Under the pieces are notes generated by a model. The model was given only the letters and a program-made list of their open reading frames with translations, was not told the DNA's origin and searched no databases. A stretch of 64,000 bases of DNA from Geosiphon pyriformis uo1 (lineage: Eukaryota > Fungi > Glomeromycota). This document shows positions 63,420 to 64,000 of this stretch, piece after piece (within the stretch, counting starts at the first letter, position 1; every line of letters begins with the position of its first letter). The position numbers and the translations under genes are program-made. The stretch is from NCBI GenBank assembly GCA_016748015.1, contig JAAOMT010000514.1:51866-115865 (forward strand), in the 5' to 3' direction.

Positions 63420-64000
63420 TTTAATAAACAAGACCCAACCACTATTTAAAAATTAGAAACAAATTAAGTATTCTAATACTAAATATAGTTCATGTACTTT
63501 CTACATGTAACCAGTTATTTGAGTCAGTTCAGACTATACTATGTTGATGCTCTAAAAAAAAACTTATTTAAAGAAGACATCCTCTAAACAATTTCAAATA
63601 ATGTAGCACTATTATTAACTAATCTAACTAACTATTCAGCTGTTTTAAAGACATCAGTTTTAACAGCAACAGATTCATGTTTCCAAAATGACATTAAATT
63701 AGAAAACATATAATTATTAATAGAAGACAAACCTATATAAAAGCCAGACATATTAACATTTTTATAGTTATATTTAGTTTTTAAAGCAATCATCTCATGT
63801 TTCAGCTTACTAACAGCTTTACTGAAAAAATTTATGTGTACTAAAACTTTATTGACTTTAAGACTAAGAGCACTACTTAAAACCAAGTCTTCATTAACAA
63901 ATTGTTCAAACACTTTTATCATAGAACCAACAGGCTTAACAATAAAATTAATCAAAGCAAAAAACTTGGCCAATTTCAATTTCAATTTTAAAAAAATCAA
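63420..64000 (-). mobile_element. 3' end of a LINE-related element with a coiled-coil ORF directly before a LINE-type 3' UTR (runs off the window)
   Basis: 63490-63541 matches the 3' UTR of G (tttcta.atgtaaccagt.a.tt...cag...acta). ORF 63632-64000 is heptad-rich and unlike the ORF2 C-terminus. Confidence 0.55.

Overview
This is very AT-rich eukaryotic DNA. It looks fungal, and the content resembles Glomeromycotina/Mucoromycota genomes (inference). It is almost entirely a nested retrotransposon cluster with no intact host gene. Six Ty3/Gypsy LTR elements are resolved: E 5900-15869(-), D 19613-23613(-, truncated), C 23610-24816(+, 3' remnant), B 24817-43959(-), A 28672-37716(+, inside B's RT) and F 50691-60599(+, inside a LINE). 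There are also three APE-RT(-RNase H) LINEs, a probable ORF1-only LINE derivative, a deleted hAT element and a class-3 lipase pseudogene. All copies carry many C>T/G>A changes. The main candidate new system is the Gypsy lineage itself, which has an unusually complex, retrovirus-like layout repeated across divergent subfamilies: helical N-terminal Gag extension, capsid, CCHC, Q/N-rich linker, protease, an uncharacterised multi-CxxC domain, dUTPase plus a dUTPase-like repeat, RT (YLDN in all four readable copies), RNase H, an integrase that appears separately initiated, and a conserved unknown ORF3 in the env position. Shared cis-signals are an anti-PBS in U5 and a GGAGCTCA box before the PPT. 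The A/C/F family also has covarying twin hairpins, and A and F have 4-bp ACGT target duplications. All coordinates and alignments were made by eye; boundaries in degraded regions are approximate.
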